Shown here piece after piece: positions 40,423-49,770 of a DNA stretch of 64,000 nucleotides; position 1 is the stretch's first letter; every line of letters begins with the position of its first letter. The notes beneath the pieces were generated by a model. It searched no databases. It had not been told where the DNA came from and saw nothing but the letters and a program-made list of their open reading frames with translations. The stretch comes from Candidatus Bathyarchaeota archaeon (GTDB lineage Archaea > Thermoproteota > Bathyarchaeia > Bathyarchaeales > Bathycorpusculaceae): assembly GCA_963777155.1 (NCBI GenBank), contig CAVZPM010000032.1, positions 1 through 64,000 of the forward strand, read 5' to 3'. Both the position numbers and the translations under genes were made by a program.

Positions 40423-42765
40423 CTATTCTTCCAAGATTTGACGAGCACGTGCAACCTTGACATATTTCTTTTTTAGCAATTCACTTTTCTCATAATCGGG
40501 AATGTTTTCGTTTTCAATTTTGTGTTCCTCCGTCTCCAATATTTTATTAAATAAGTTATCAATGCTTTCTTCAGTTTTGTTAAACAAGTGATCAATACTT
40601 TCTTCAGGATCTTTTGGTTTGTTGCTCTCAGGTAATTGGATAGTTGGACTTTTAGGATCTTGTTTTTTCTTTCTTCTTTTTATGGCAACTATTCCAGAAG
40701 CTAATGCTCCAAATGGAATGACAAGAAGTAAGAGTGGCCAGCTTAAAAATCCAAGATTTGTGGATTCCGAAAGTGTAGTCTTTGTTGGGGTAGGTGTTGA
40801 TGTTAAGGTATTTGTTGATGGTGAAGGTGATGGTGAAGATGATGGTGTTGGTGTGGGCTGGGATGTTTGGTTAGGAGTAGCAGTTGATGTCTGTGATGAA
40901 CTTGGGGTTGGGGTTGGAGAAGTTGAAATCAGCGCGAATATTGCTGTGATCGAGTGGGCTGCCTGAACGTTGCTGAAAGTATACGACGATGCAACTGCCA
41001 CTTGTGAACCATCAATAACTAAAGAAGAAAGAGAATAACCATTACTTGGTGTTATTGTGAAAGTTTGGCTATCTCCATAGTTAGCATTAGTTGTTGACGG
41101 GGAAATGAAGCCATTATCTCCTTGAATAACCGTAATAATGAAAGTGTCAATTGCAAAAGTAGCAGCAATTGTGGTCGGTCCAGTTGCAGTAAAGCTGTAA
41201 GAGGTCAGTGCTCCAAAAGAAGAACCGTTCACAATAATGTCTGAAACGTGGTAGCCGACTTCAGGAGTAACTGTTAAGATAAGGCTAGTTCCCCAGTTAA
41301 CCGTCTGGTTCCCGGGATTTACTGAGCCGTGAGTTCCAGAATTAATTGTGAAGCTGCAAGTGTTAGCTGCAAAATTCACGTCGACAGAAGTGTTTCCAGT
41401 AATGTTTGTAGCAAAAGACTCAGGCATGCCAATTGATGTCCCGTTAATCTTCACATCAGAAACATGGTAACCTGGGTTGGGCGTAAGGACGAAGTTGAGT
41501 GATGTACCCCAATTAACTGTTTGAGATGCAAGATTTGATGAACCATACACGCCTACAGTAACTGTGATAATGTACTGGTTAATTCCAAAACTTGCTGTAA
41601 TGTTATGAGCTGTCTGGATATTAGTGAAAGTGTATAAGGCAATTGCACCCTGTGAGATGCCGTCAACGACAACATCAGTTATATGGTAACCATTTGAAGC
41701 TGAAATAGTAAAGATAGTGTTGCTATCATAGTTAGCTATTAAGGTCCCTGGGCTAATCTGTCCATTTGTAGACTGAATGACTGTAACTGTAAAAGTGTTT
41801 GTAAAGGTTGCAGAAATCGAGTGAGCTGCAGTGACATTGCTGAAGGTATATGTTGAAGCAGGCGCTGTTGATGAGCCGTCAACAGTTAAAGAAGCTATAG
41901 AGTAACCGGTATTTGGTGTTATTGTGAAGGTTTGACTTGCGCCATAGTTAACGTTAGTTGTTCCAGGAGAAATAACGCCATCAGCACCCTGAACAACTGT
42001 AATATCGAACTTGTTTGCGAATGTTGCAGAGATAAAATGAGCAGTTGTGATGTTACTGAAGGTATATGTTGAGTCAGCTTGGATTGTTGAACCGTCAACT
42101 ATCAGAGATGTTATTGAGTAGCCAACATTTGGTGTTATTGTGAAGGTTTGACTTGCGCCATAGTTAACGTTAGTTGTTCCAGGAGAAATAACGCCTTTAG
42201 AGTTTTGAGTTACAGTAATTGTTAATGCAGAAACTGTGAATGTCGCAGTAATGGTATGGTTAGTGTTGATGTTGCTGAAAGTGTACGATGCTGCTATGGT
42301 CACTGATGAGCCGTCAACAGTTAAAGAAGCTATAGAGTAACCGGTATTTGGTGTTATTGTGAAGGTTTGACTTGCGCCATAGTTAACGTTAGTTGTTCCA
42401 GGAGAAATAACGCCATCAGCACCCTGAACAACTGTAAGAGTATAGTTATTAATCGCGAAGGTTGCTGTGATCGAGTGGGCTGCCTGAACGTTGCTGAAAG
42501 TACACGATGACGCAACGGGCACCGATGAACCATCAACTATCAAAGTAGCAATAGAGTAACCAGTATTGGGTGTTATAGTAAACGTTTGGTTATTTCCTTG
42601 ATCAACATCTTTAGTATTTGGCGAAATCGCGCCGTTTGCACTTTGAGTTACAGTAATCGTGAATTTTGTGGCTCCAACAACAGGAGATGGACAAAAAATA
42701 AGGCTAATAATTAGAATTAGCAAAACGACTATGACGATTGGAGCTAGAAGCACAGTTGTTTTCAT
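40423..42765 (-). CDS. surface protein with tandem InlB B-repeat-like domains, S/T/P linker and TM anchor
   Basis: About 8 repeats of G.ISP....V.YG..QTFTITP..GY.I....VDG...YTF.N....H.I.A.F. Confidence 0.88.
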   Translation of the reverse strand: MKTTVLLAPIVIVVLLILIISLIFCPSPVVGATKFTITVTQSANGAISPNTKDVDQGNNQTFTITPNTGYSIATLIVDGSSVPVASSCTFSNVQAAHSITATFAINNYTLTVVQGADGVISPGTTNVNYGASQTFTITPNTGYSIASLTVDGSSVTIAASYTFSNINTNHTITATFTVSALTITVTQNSKGVISPGTTNVNYGASQTFTITPNVGYSITSLIVDGSTIQADSTYTFSNITTAHFISATFANKFDITVVQGADGVISPGTTNVNYGASQTFTITPNTGYSIASLTVDGSSTAPASTYTFSNVTAAHSISATFTNTFTVTVIQSTNGQISPGTLIANYDSNTIFTISASNGYHITDVVVDGISQGAIALYTFTNIQTAHNITASFGINQYIITVTVGVYGSSNLASQTVNWGTSLNFVLTPNPGYHVSDVKINGTSIGMPESFATNITGNTSVDVNFAANTCSFTINSGTHGSVNPGNQTVNWGTSLILTVTPEVGYHVSDIIVNGSSFGALTSYSFTATGPTTIAATFAIDTFIITVIQGDNGFISPSTTNANYGDSQTFTITPSNGYSLSSLVIDGSQVAVASSYTFSNVQAAHSITAIFALISTSPTPTPSSSQTSTATPNQTSQPTPTPSSSPSPSPSTNTLTSTPTPTKTTLSESTNLGFLSWPLLLLVIPFGALASGIVAIKRRKKKQDPKSPTIQLPESNKPKDPEESIDHLFNKTEESIDNLFNKILETEEHKIENENIPDYEKSELLKKKYVKVARARQILEE
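41869..42437. repeat. identical 134-bp direct repeats (41869-42002, 42304-42437) plus a partial third copy
   Basis: Read base by base as identical; partial copy at about 42128-42195. Confidence 0.85.
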
Positions 42766-42940
42766 TCGCGATCCTTTGGCTTCAACAAAAAAGATATTGA
42801 TTCTTTTATGAAAGCGTTATGAATCCAGAATCTAACTCTATCTTCAATAATGGATAAAGAATTAATTTAATGCAACAAAGTTTACAGACTTTAGTTAAAA
42901 CCCCTAAGACCGAGCCAATGAGTAGCAGTTGTGTTAGTAA

Positions 42941-43262
42941 AATGGGCTGGTGTGTTGGCTATAACCCGCCTTCTGTTGTCTGTGGCATTCGGCTAATCGG
43001 GCTACCCGCGCCTTCCGGTAGATGCTTCATCGGCGACTGTTTGCCCTTTCCACTTGCAGGACGGCCGTTTCACCGTTTCCACTCCGGCGCACTCGACATC
43101 ACAAATGTGTCATAGCCAGGTCCGGGTGGACGTTTCGTTTCTGCTCCGTTGCCAACGCTCTCGCGCTGCCCCAACGACGGGGCTGCAATTCTACTTGTGG
43201 GCGGAGTTTCCTCAGACCCAACTTTGGATCCGACAGCCACACACCAACTCGCCAGCCCACCT
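42941..43262 (-). ncRNA. rnpB: archaeal RNase P RNA
   Basis: GAGGAAACTCCGCCCA and ACAGAAGGCGGGTTAT (P4), GCAGAAACG, GGTGAAACGG; P1 stem TGGGCTGG/CCAGCCCA. Confidence 0.95.
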
Positions 43263-43420
43263 GAAAATGAGCATACGCAGGCAATAAACATAACTTATTA
43301 GCAAACAAAAATTATCGACTGCATTTTTGGATTTAAGAGGGGGTGCAAATTCTAAATTAGTTAGTGCCATTGGTTTCATAGAAGTTAATTTTTGCAAAAC
43401 AATACCTTAGTCCCTCAGGT

Positions 43421-43457
43421 TGTATAAACAATTTGTATAAACAAACTGTATAAACAA
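43421..43457. repeat. three tandem TGTATAAACAA units, 13-bp period
   Basis: Copies start at 43421, 43434 and 43447, between the divergent rnpB and kinase genes. Confidence 0.85.
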
Positions 43458-43623
43458 TAGGTAGGCAAGAAAAAGATTTGCACACACAGGCTTGGATTGC
43501 TCCGATGCTTCTCTGCTTTTTGGTTGCTTTGATACCACAAATAAACCAAATTTTAACTCACAACCAGAAAAAACACGTCCACACACAAAACAAATAATTA
43601 CACGCCCACAAACATTAGGAACC

Positions 43624-44206
43624 ATGAAACGCGTCATCCTCATAACGGGCACACCCTGCACAGGAAAAACCACTACTGCAAAACAACTTGCCCAAAAACT
43701 CAACGCAGAGTACATTAACCTCACAGATTTCGCCAAAGCTCATAACTTGATACTGGGGGAAGACAAAGAGCGCCAAACCACCATAATCAACGAAGAAGCT
43801 ATGCAGCAAAAACTCAAAGAGTCCATAGGAACCTCAGATAACGCCAACATCATCATCGATGGTCATTACGCAGCTGCAGTTACCCCGACTGAATTTGTTT
43901 CCAACGTCTTTGTGCTTAGGCGAAACCCCAAAGAACTTAAAGACATTTATGCAAAAATGTGATTTTAACGACGCCAAACTCAACGAAAACCTATCCGCAG
44001 AAATCCTTGACAGTTGCCTCATCGAAGCCATTCAAACGCAACATGGAAAGGTTTGCGAGTTGGATGTGACGGGTAAAACTGTAGATGAGAATGTTGCTGA
44101 AATTCTTGATGTTTTAGATAGGAGCAAGAAATGCCATTTTGGCATTGTAGATTGGCTTGGTATGCTTGAACGGGAAGGCCTAACTGACCAGTACCTTAAA
44201 GCGTAA
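43624..44206 (+). CDS. adenylate kinase, AK6/Fap7-like (frameshift near 43945)
   Basis: ITGTPCTGKTT, IIDGHY, VFVLR, K..EN..AEILD. Confidence 0.9.
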
Positions 44207-44569
44207 TTATCGGAAGCTTCCGATTTTCTGTTTTGTTAGAAGCGTGATTTTCCGTCTGTTGCTGTAGGATTTTGCGTGGTCACTGAATTTTTCACCAATC
44301 ATTACGGGGCTTGATAGATCCACATCTTCGGAGGAAGTATCAAGGTTAATGATAACGTTAACACCGATAGTGCGGTTCCAATCTCTAACCCAAACACCCT
44401 GCTCGAGCCTACCCTTCTGCACAATCAAGTCAAAATGCCTTGAAACGCCGCTATGTCCTTCCAGCTTAACGTCTTGGCTGTTAACTTTGTAGCCTTCCTT
44501 CTTGAAGTAAGCAACTGCTAGATCTGTCAAATGGACCCTAGTTTTATACTGTTCTTTATCTACGCTCAT
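44207..44569 (-). CDS. Mrr-like restriction endonuclease fold protein
   Basis: YF...GYKV, G.SG...FDL, FS..A... Confidence 0.65.
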   Translation of the reverse strand: MSVDKEQYKTRVHLTDLAVAYFKKEGYKVNSQDVKLEGHSGVSRHFDLIVQKGRLEQGVWVRDWNRTIGVNVIINLDTSSEDVDLSSPVMIGEKFSDHAKSYSNRRKITLLTKQKIGSFR

Positions 44570-44639
44570 GACACTCTCTGTCCCTACCAAACTGTTATCA
44601 ACCTGTTCGATGAAAAGGCTTTCGGAAGTAACCTCCGAA

Positions 44640-44849
44640 ATGGGCGCAACACAGATTGTAAAATGCATTAAATGCGGCGGTTTAATGCTCTGTGCCGTTG
44701 GGCAAAAAACAAAAGTCTGTCCCTACTGCGGTACAAACGTTAACCTCCAAAAAGCGCAAAAAATAGCATCTGCAAATACTGCTTTTGAAGCATCAGAAAT
44801 GCTCCGTAAACTTAAAAGCGCCCAGAAAATCAACCGTAAGAAACCTTAA
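44640..44849 (+). CDS. DUF1922-like zinc-ribbon protein
   Basis: C.KCG, KT..CPYCG. Confidence 0.75.
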   Translation: MGATQIVKCIKCGGLMLCAVGQKTKVCPYCGTNVNLQKAQKIASANTAFEASEMLRKLKSAQKINRKKP

Positions 44850-45790
44850 CGTAACTGCCGCAGCAACTCGCATGCCTTACACAAATCCAACGCTGACGGC
44901 TCACCACACTCAACACAGGTTTTGAAGTCCTCAGCCTCTTTCGCCGCAGTTTCTTCAAGTGCAGGGCGCAAACGTTCAAGGGCTTTGGAAACAGTGAATT
45001 TTGTTCCAGCATGTTTTTCCTCCATGCGATTAAGCATTCCCCTCACGTCATTGCGTAGTGCCTCAGAAGCATAGGGACACGGAGTGCCTTGGAACGGGAT
45101 TCTCTTAACATAAGCGTAGAGTGCGCTTTCTTTTTCTGGGATTTCGCAGAAGGGCTTGATTTTCTGCACAAACAAGGGGTGAACCTCGGTGGTTACCGGC
45201 TTTTCCTTAGCTAACCTTGCTATGTCACCGCGTAAAATGTTCATAAGAACAGTCTGCACCTCATCGTCAAGGGTGTGTCCCGTTGCGATTTTGTTTGCCT
45301 TTACTTGCCTTGCACCAGTGTTGATGGCTTTACGGCGCAGAACACCACAGTAAGCGCAAGCAGTCAAAGCGGTATGTCCTTTTTTGCGTGCCCCACAAAT
45401 CATTTCATCCAACGTGAAACCGTAAAGTTCCTTGAATGAGACAATATGATACGGAATTTCTAGTTGTTTGCAGTTTTTGACCGCGATCTCCAGGGCTTCG
45501 TCACGGTAACCTTTGATTCCTTCATCCACTATTACTGCCGTGAGGGTAGTTTTTGGCCTTGAACGCTTCAGTTTAGCTAAAATGTGCAGGATGCTTAGGC
45601 TGTCTTTGCCGCCTGAAACCGCAACTGCCAAATGATCATCAAAGTTTAACATATGATAACGCGTAATGGTTTGGCGTACCTTGGCTTCTATGGAGTCTGT
45701 AAAGCAGCGTTTGCAGAGCCGTTCGCCTGAGTATTGCCTGTAGAAGAAGGCTTCTCGAGTTTTGCAGGCGTTGCAGACTGGGGTATCCAT
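44846..45790 (-). CDS. tRNA 2-thiolation protein (TIGR00269/NcsA/TtuA-Ctu1 family)
   Basis: SGGKDS PP-loop, CAYCGVLRR, ATGHTLDDE, CPY, terminal Zn fingers. Confidence 0.92.
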   Translation of the reverse strand: MDTPVCNACKTREAFFYRQYSGERLCKRCFTDSIEAKVRQTITRYHMLNFDDHLAVAVSGGKDSLSILHILAKLKRSRPKTTLTAVIVDEGIKGYRDEALEIAVKNCKQLEIPYHIVSFKELYGFTLDEMICGARKKGHTALTACAYCGVLRRKAINTGARQVKANKIATGHTLDDEVQTVLMNILRGDIARLAKEKPVTTEVHPLFVQKIKPFCEIPEKESALYAYVKRIPFQGTPCPYASEALRNDVRGMLNRMEEKHAGTKFTVSKALERLRPALEETAAKEAEDFKTCVECGEPSALDLCKACELLRQLR

Positions 45791-46041
45791 TGGTTTTCCA
45801 TCGACAAATTGATGGGTAATTAAACTAAATGAAGGTTTAGTTGGAGATTTCTCCTTTTTTCACAATAGCTCCATTTTTCTTGTATTGATAAATAAGAAGG
45901 GTAAATGAACGGATTCCCCAGAATGCGCGTTTGCACAACACAATAATCGCAGGGGTGTTGTACAACTGATTCAACTATGAGTCAAATCGTAACATTTAAT
46001 ATAGCATTGATGCACAGAGTTTACTTAGGAAGCTTAGACTG

Positions 46042-46455
46042 GTGGGGCTGTACAAGAAGATATTCTTTGTTTCATTTGTCGTTGTCGCGGTTGGACTTGT
46101 TATTCTTAATACAGACGCCTTGAACCTGTTGGGAAAACCGATCAATTTGGGTTTAAAACCTGAAGAAATAGTTATTCGAAAAGCCTCATTTGACAAGACC
46201 AACAGCAACACACTCTTGCTCGATGTACAATCAACTTACAGTAAGACTATCATTTTTAACACAGCTGTTATCAAAGATTCTCAACATAATACTGTAGCTA
46301 CAATTGTTTCATTTCACAATGAGCTACCAGCCCAAACAAGTACGATAATAGCAGTTGATCTTAGTAGCACTAATTTGAGTTCAGGAAATTATACTGTAGA
46401 TCTTTGGACTACAAACAGTCATTTTTTCTCTTCGCCGCCGTTTACTGTGCCATAG
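46042..46455 (+). CDS. hypothetical membrane-anchored Ig-like protein
   Basis: N-terminal TM, LSSGNYTV.L. Confidence 0.65.
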   Translation: MGLYKKIFFVSFVVVAVGLVILNTDALNLLGKPINLGLKPEEIVIRKASFDKTNSNTLLLDVQSTYSKTIIFNTAVIKDSQHNTVATIVSFHNELPAQTSTIIAVDLSSTNLSSGNYTVDLWTTNSHFFSSPPFTVP

Positions 46456-46744
46456 TCTAGAAAATTTTTACCGCTCATGTTCTCTATTAAAAAAATAACA
46501 TTTTAGACTAAGAAACGTTTAAGCTTATATCAAAAAATAGCATAGTAAGAAACCAGATTTTTTCTTAGTTTTTCTTCTTTGTATAATTAAGAAAAATATC
46601 AAAATACTCAAATGCAAATATTTCGACTATTTACATTTACCAACGTATATTTGTGGAAAGAAAATTATTTACATAATAGACTATAAATAAACTCATTTGA
46701 TTCATTTGGTAAATAATATATACGACGCAAATCACTATATATAG

Positions 46745-46877
46745 GTGGCAAGAGAAAGCTAAAACGGTAATTCAAAGAATGGGCAGATAACTGGTTTGAG
46801 CTTCAAAGACTCAAATCCCATCAGGCACCATAACAAAGCCACCTAAATTGACTGCTGTTCGAAAAGACTTTTGCCAC
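46745..46877 (+). promoter_or_regulatory. candidate structured 5' leader RNA
   Basis: Nested stems GTGGCAAGAG/CTTTTGCCAC, GCAG/CTGC, TTTGAG/CTCAAA; TATA-like element about 25 nt upstream. Confidence 0.4.
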
Positions 46878-46897
46878 AAAGGAAGGCGGTCTAACAT

Positions 46898-47269
46898 ATG
46901 GTGAAAATTCATATATCTAGAATGTTCAGAAGAGCAGGGTCAAGTATTTTAACTAAACCAGCCACATGTTCATACCCTTACGTGAAACCTCAACTACCAA
47001 GCGATTCTCGAGGTCAGCTAAATTTTGATGTAACGCTTTGTGTCGGATGTGGATTATGTAGTAAAGATTGCCCTTCAAAAGCTATTGAAATGGTGGAATT
47101 TAATGGGAAAAAACGTCCTCAGTTCAGACTTGATAAATGTATTTTTTGCTATCAATGTGCAGGAAGTTGCAAAAAAGAGGCAATAAAGAGTTCAACCTTC
47201 TTTGAGATGGCTACAACGGATAAATCTTCTTTAATCATAAAACCGCAGTCAGCCGTCAAAGCTTGTTAA
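46898..47269 (+). CDS. stand-alone NuoI/HycF-like 2[4Fe-4S] protein
   Basis: KPAT..YP, RG, CVGCGLCSKDCP, CIFCYQCAGSC. Confidence 0.88.
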   Translation: MVKIHISRMFRRAGSSILTKPATCSYPYVKPQLPSDSRGQLNFDVTLCVGCGLCSKDCPSKAIEMVEFNGKKRPQFRLDKCIFCYQCAGSCKKEAIKSSTFFEMATTDKSSLIIKPQSAVKAC

Positions 47270-47533
47270 TACCAATAAGTACGACGGAACAAAAAATAAC
47301 TCAAAGAATTAAACTTAACGTAGCAAATCTTCTACGGTGTCATGCCACTCTATCAAGGTAGCTTTCTTGTTTGGAAAATATTTTAGCCGCACTTTAGGTT
47401 ATTTTATTTTTCACGAAATCTATGGGAAAAAAGTTTCAGAAAGTCAAAATAGCAGAATTGGCGTAATTGTTCCAGGTTTGTGTTTTAAACTAAATAAACA
47501 ATGTCACACTAAAGGATAGATTTAGCGGTAAAC

Positions 47534-48238
47534 ATGACTGTTAAACCAACAAAACAGGGCGACCACAAAGAAGTAACCTACAATAGCTTACATTGGCAAG
47601 ACCTAAAGCAGCTACGGGAAAAAGCAATCGGAGTCATGACGGCGCTAGAAGTGTTTCACTTGCAGTCTTTAACACATGGTAGCATAGCTAGAGGAGATAT
47701 AAAAATAGGCAGCGATGTGGATGTTTTCATTCCTGAAGTACAAAGCAGTTTCATTGTTGAATCCGCTCTTGAAAAAGCCAAAATCCCAATCAATTCACGG
47801 TTTATTGTTCAAGCCACTCCAAGCTACGCAATGAAAGCACACATCGAAATAGACGAGAAGACAACCGTTTCCTTTCCCCTAATGGAAATGCGAAGAGTGG
47901 AAAGGGAATTTTACCGGTTCGGCGGCGAAGTAGACATCGTGCAACTTAAAACGAATGTCCGCGTTCCAGGGGTGGATAAACGGCTTATGCTCATCGAACC
48001 AACTGAAAAGGGTCATGTTGAGAGCAGTGTTATTGGAAGAGAAGAGTCTGCAGCGAAAGTCTTGGGAATATCAGTAGAAACTGTGTTTGATAGAGTTCAT
48101 GCTTTGTTAAGGCGTGATGCTGTAGGCAGAACAGGGGTTTTTGTTAAAAAGGAGTTATTGCAAGATGAAACTTTTGAGTTGGCTTTGAAAAAGTTGTCCG
48201 ACCAAAATCCTGCGGTTCGTCGAAGAATGAAAAAATAG
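47534..48238 (+). CDS. archaeal nucleotidyltransferase-domain protein (COG2413-like)
   Basis: HGSIARGD...SDVDVF, VQATP, EFY.FGG, GVDKRL, GRTGVF. Confidence 0.88.
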   Translation: MTVKPTKQGDHKEVTYNSLHWQDLKQLREKAIGVMTALEVFHLQSLTHGSIARGDIKIGSDVDVFIPEVQSSFIVESALEKAKIPINSRFIVQATPSYAMKAHIEIDEKTTVSFPLMEMRRVEREFYRFGGEVDIVQLKTNVRVPGVDKRLMLIEPTEKGHVESSVIGREESAAKVLGISVETVFDRVHALLRRDAVGRTGVFVKKELLQDETFELALKKLSDQNPAVRRRMKK

Positions 48239-48321
48239 ACCTATTCTAGTTAAAATGAAATATTTTGAAAAAACAAGAGCAGACTGCGAGTCTGCTTAAT
48301 TGGTTGAATCAGAAAAGAGGT

Positions 48322-48885
48322 TTAAGAGGGGTAGTAGATGAGTTCTTTTTCTTCAAGAAGCTGCTGGATTTTATCGACTGCTTCGTAAACCTGTTCTTCT
48401 TTTTTGGCTCCGACACATACGAGTTTTCCTGCGCTGAAGATTAGGAATACTACTTTTGGTTCATCCATGCGGTAGACTGCACCTGGGAACTGTTCGGGTT
48501 CATACATGACTTTGCTGAGTTTGTAAACGAGGCTTTCAAGGTCGATTTCTCCGCCAAGTTCTGCCGAAGCTACGATGTTTTGGATCATTACAACAGGTTT
48601 TTCTGTAATTTGGATGCCTTCACCGCGGAGTTCCTTGACGACTTTTTCTACTGCACTACGTGATTCCTTTTCGGATTTAGCGCCTGTGCACACCATTTTG
48701 CCTGTGCCAAAGATTAACGTAGCTGTTTTTGGTTTTTTTAGACGGAAGACTAGACCTGGGAAAACGCTGGGGTTGTATTCTGTTTGTGGAAATTTTTCAA
48801 CGATTTTTTGTAGGTCAATTTTTTGGTTAAGTGAGACTGAGGCCACAATGTTCTGTATGTTAATGATTGGTTTTCTTTTACTCAT
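48322..48885 (-). CDS. tbp: TATA-box-binding protein
   Basis: Two repeats IQNIVAS...Y.P..FPG.V.R...P....LIF..GK.VC.GAK. Confidence 0.98.
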   Translation of the reverse strand: MSKRKPIINIQNIVASVSLNQKIDLQKIVEKFPQTEYNPSVFPGLVFRLKKPKTATLIFGTGKMVCTGAKSEKESRSAVEKVVKELRGEGIQITEKPVVMIQNIVASAELGGEIDLESLVYKLSKVMYEPEQFPGAVYRMDEPKVVFLIFSAGKLVCVGAKKEEQVYEAVDKIQQLLEEKELIYYPS

Positions 48886-48984
48886 GTAAACTCACGGTTA
48901 AGAGTATTTAAATTAGCAAGGAGTATATAAAGCATCTATTTATAAAGGCTTAAAAATCATTAATAAATACCCTCTACGACAGGT

Positions 48985-49710
48985 TTATGGTATTGGCGTG
49001 GCAGTGTTGTTGCCAAAGGTCAGTGTTTGTGTGTTGCTCCAGCCGCTATCTGTCACTGTAACAAAATAGTCACCCATACATTCATTGGGATGATAGTAGT
49101 GGTAACCGATAAGCGCCTTCACTTGAACATCTATCTGTCCACCGGGACTGAGGTTCCAACCCCCAATGTAAAAGGAAATTACCGTGTAGCTGCCAGTGGA
49201 GGATTTTACTTCAGTTATTGAGTGACCATATCCTGTTGTGCTCCAATCTTCAAAATGCCCTTTTAAACGAGCGCTATAACGCAGTTCGGTTATGTTGCCA
49301 TCTGCGAAGGTGGATGGTGTGAACGGTTGATTTGTGATTACTACGTCTATGGTTCGGTTATCTTGATGGTAACCGGATTGGCTGATTACGCTTTGACCTG
49401 TAAAGGGATCTGTTTTGTAAACAGGAGGCACATCATAGGAGTGGTCAGCATACTGCAGTGTGAACTTAGGGATTATCGGGGTAATGGTGCCTGTAACAGG
49501 AGATATGGTTGGGTTAGGCGTCGGAGTTGGTGAATGCGTTGGGGTGGGTGTTATTGGGTGGGTTGTATGAGTCGGGGTTACTGTTGGGCGTGAGTTTGGA
49601 TTTGATCCCGGAAATAATGGATTTTGATCATTGCTGATTACTACATACCAAACAGCAGAGGTTAACAAAACCGCGACAATGACAAGTGCTACAGCTGTAA
49701 CCGTTTTCAT
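48985..49710 (-). CDS. secreted hypothetical protein with PT-rich linker
   Basis: N-terminal TM, P.FT..Y.D.SYDVP...DP.TG, SGWSNTQT. Confidence 0.75.
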   Translation of the reverse strand: MKTVTAVALVIVAVLLTSAVWYVVISNDQNPLFPGSNPNSRPTVTPTHTTHPITPTPTHSPTPTPNPTISPVTGTITPIIPKFTLQYADHSYDVPPVYKTDPFTGQSVISQSGYHQDNRTIDVVITNQPFTPSTFADGNITELRYSARLKGHFEDWSTTGYGHSITEVKSSTGSYTVISFYIGGWNLSPGGQIDVQVKALIGYHYYHPNECMGDYFVTVTDSGWSNTQTLTFGNNTATPIP

Positions 49711-49770
49711 AACTTATCATCTTAATCACGTGACGTCGGCGTTTCCTTGTAAAGTTTACTGTTTTTTCCA

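Noticed and set aside
42870-43397. Six overlapping short ORFs
   Set aside because: They are shadows of the GC-rich RNase P RNA gene.
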